This document shows, one piece after another, positions 61,878 to 64,000 of a DNA stretch of 64,000 bases. Source of the stretch: Sphaerodactylus townsendi (lineage: Eukaryota). The stretch's first letter is position 1. Every line of letters begins with the position of its first letter. The notes under the pieces were generated by a model. That model saw only the letters and a program-made list of their open reading frames with translations, did no database searches and had not been told where the DNA came from. A program made the translations under genes and the position numbers. The DNA lies in contig NC_059425.1 of assembly GCF_021028975.2 (NCBI RefSeq), positions 102,734,001 to 102,798,000 on the forward strand, given 5' to 3'.

Positions 61878-63499
61878 ACTATCAGGAATCACATCCCCTA
61901 GAGACCTAGGAATTGAATCCAGGGATGAATCCTTGCCGCTGCTTTAACATGAAGTAGCAATAAGCACAAAGCATATAGTATGCTAAAATAATCAATGGAG
62001 AACTTAACTAAATTCCTATAGCGCTTACCACAGCATAATAAGCAACAAATAAGAGGGATCAAAGGCTTTTTTTTGGAAGGGAAAGGGGAGAAAGAGATAT
62101 AGAAGAAAGCTTATTGGAACTGTAGAATGCAATTGAAATTCTTGGACTGGATTTACATAAATTCAAGTAAACAATAAACACTTACCAAAGGTAATATGCA
62201 GATACAAAATACATTCTATAGCACAATGCAACAGTTGTTTAATACATCAACAAAATGAATCACATTTTATTAGAAGCAGGCACCAAAGGAACCAATGTCA
62301 TGGATGGCAAAGTTTACTGAAAGTTCTTTTTAGCACCAATTTTGTAATAAAAAAGTTCTTTGTAGGGCACACCTACAGGTGAATGAGACTGTGGTAGTGA
62401 CAGTCATCTTGGAAACCAAGAGCAGCAATAGGGACTGCTGAGCAAGGCAATAGCAGTCAGCTGGAACAAACAACAAACACTTTGGTGGAGGGTGCCAAGG
62501 CGTGTTTAATAAAGCAACATTAAGTAAAAATTCCAGCCAACATCAGTTCTAGTGTCAGGATCTCAGTTCTCAGGTCAGTGTTGAAAGTAGAGCACCAAGA
62601 GGTCTGAGCCTACCATCTATGGGCTGGCTTGTAAGAATTGTGGGCATGCATCTTTAATTTTGAAGACTAAATAAAAATTTAAATATTGTCTGAAATTAAG
62701 ATATGGACAGATCGGAAAGAAACTAACAAAAAAAGCATGAAGGCATCTTGTGAAGGCACCATGAAAAATATTTAGAGCAATATATAAATCCTAATCACAC
62801 TATTATTCAAAAAAAGGTCTTTGAAAGGAGGTAGATGGTTGCAAAAATTATATGCTGCATATCTGATGCATGCTGAATGACAAAATTATAAAAACAACTA
62901 TATAAAATATAAAAATATAAAATGGAGATGCAAGATCTAAATCTCTTGTCCTTATGAGAAGGAGAACGCACTGAAGTGGAGGCTTTTCTCCAGTAACTAT
63001 AAAACAATGGCACAGCCGGGAAACAGAAAATGAAAGGTAAGAAGCGGTTCACCCAGCAGAGTGGGGGCAAAGGGATAAAGTGGAGCAGGGACTGTACTGG
63101 GCAAGGGGGGCTGCAGAGCTATAACAACACACATGATTGTAAGAGGCTGAAAACTGAGAGGTACATTGGGTTGAAGAGTCATGAGGCAGGCTCCATTCTA
63201 AAAAAAAAAAAAAAAATGAGAGGAGACAAATAAAACCAAAGGAGACTGATTGGGAAAATGAGTTCTCCTTCCTCAAAACACAAAAGAGAGAGGAGAAAGA
63301 CTTGGAAACAAAGTGGACCAGACTTAGGCACACCATTGACTGGATTGCAAAATACTGCAATAAAATATAAGACAAAAGCAAAAGTGAAAACAAATTGCAG
63401 GAATATTCTTAAAATAGTAGGCTTTCCTGTAAAGGCCACTTGCTATCCATTAAGAGGGTTAAAAAAGAAAATAAAAGCTTAAAATTAAATGAGTAAAGG

Positions 63500-64000
63500 C
63501 AAAAACATAGCACAAAGGCAAATGAAAAATCTCTCCACAAAAAAGAACACATTAGGAGTTTGTTTTTTGTTTTTTTAGAACACAACAGAACATAGAACAG
63601 GCATGGCACTATTGCCATTTGCTGGTTTGTGTTTTTGACTCAATTTTTCCATTCCTATCACCATTCAACTGTCTTTTCAAGCAAAAAACTTTCCAGATTC
63701 TTAATTCCAGCCATGGGTTTGGGCTATGGGTGGCCATTCCATAGATCCAAAAGCACCAGTAAATTTCATTTTTTCCGTGTTTCGATTTCCAAATCAATTT
63801 TTTTTTTTCCTCTGTATTTCTGTGAATTAACTTATTATGAGCTGCAGTCTCAGCAGAATCAAACACACCTTCAATACAGAATCAACTGAATTTATTCATC
63901 ATTGTCCAAAACAAACCATTTGGGATAAATGTAAAGAAAGGTTTTAAAACAACCACAATTGAGTGCAAACTATCCACAATACTTTTCACCACCTAAAATA
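63500..64000 (-). mobile_element. Probable decayed LINE (L1-like) 3' fragment
   Basis: Trp-rich minus-strand frame (IYWCFWIYG..PWLELRIW) followed by T-rich UTR-like sequence. Confidence 0.35.

Overview
Vertebrate genomic DNA, not prokaryotic. The repeat landscape (Squam3-like, Sauria-like and 5S-derived SINEs, CR1, Penelope, hAT/Harbinger MITEs) points to a squamate reptile, most likely a gecko (inference). The window holds one complete protein-coding gene on the + strand: EPM2A (laforin, a CBM20 + dual-specificity glucan phosphatase). Its four coding exons (1388-1652, 23839-24013, 38788-39029, 46265-46539) give a 957-nt CDS and a 318-aa protein, and all introns are GT-AG. The rest is intron or intergenic DNA packed with mobile elements, many bounded by readable TIRs and TSDs. 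Best leads: (1) two CRISPR-like arrays of a conserved hairpin repeat bracket the EPM2A CpG-island promoter and exon 1; (2) Penelope-derived minimal hammerhead ribozyme motifs, including a head-to-head pair in a 91-bp-arm palindrome and one sense copy inside intron 1; (3) exons 2+3 form a phase-symmetric 417-nt module that would give a stop-free circular ORF; (4) a multi-layer nested insertion stack and a long foldback element lie just upstream of exon 2. Repeat family names come from motif recognition only, not database searches, and boundaries of old elements are approximate.
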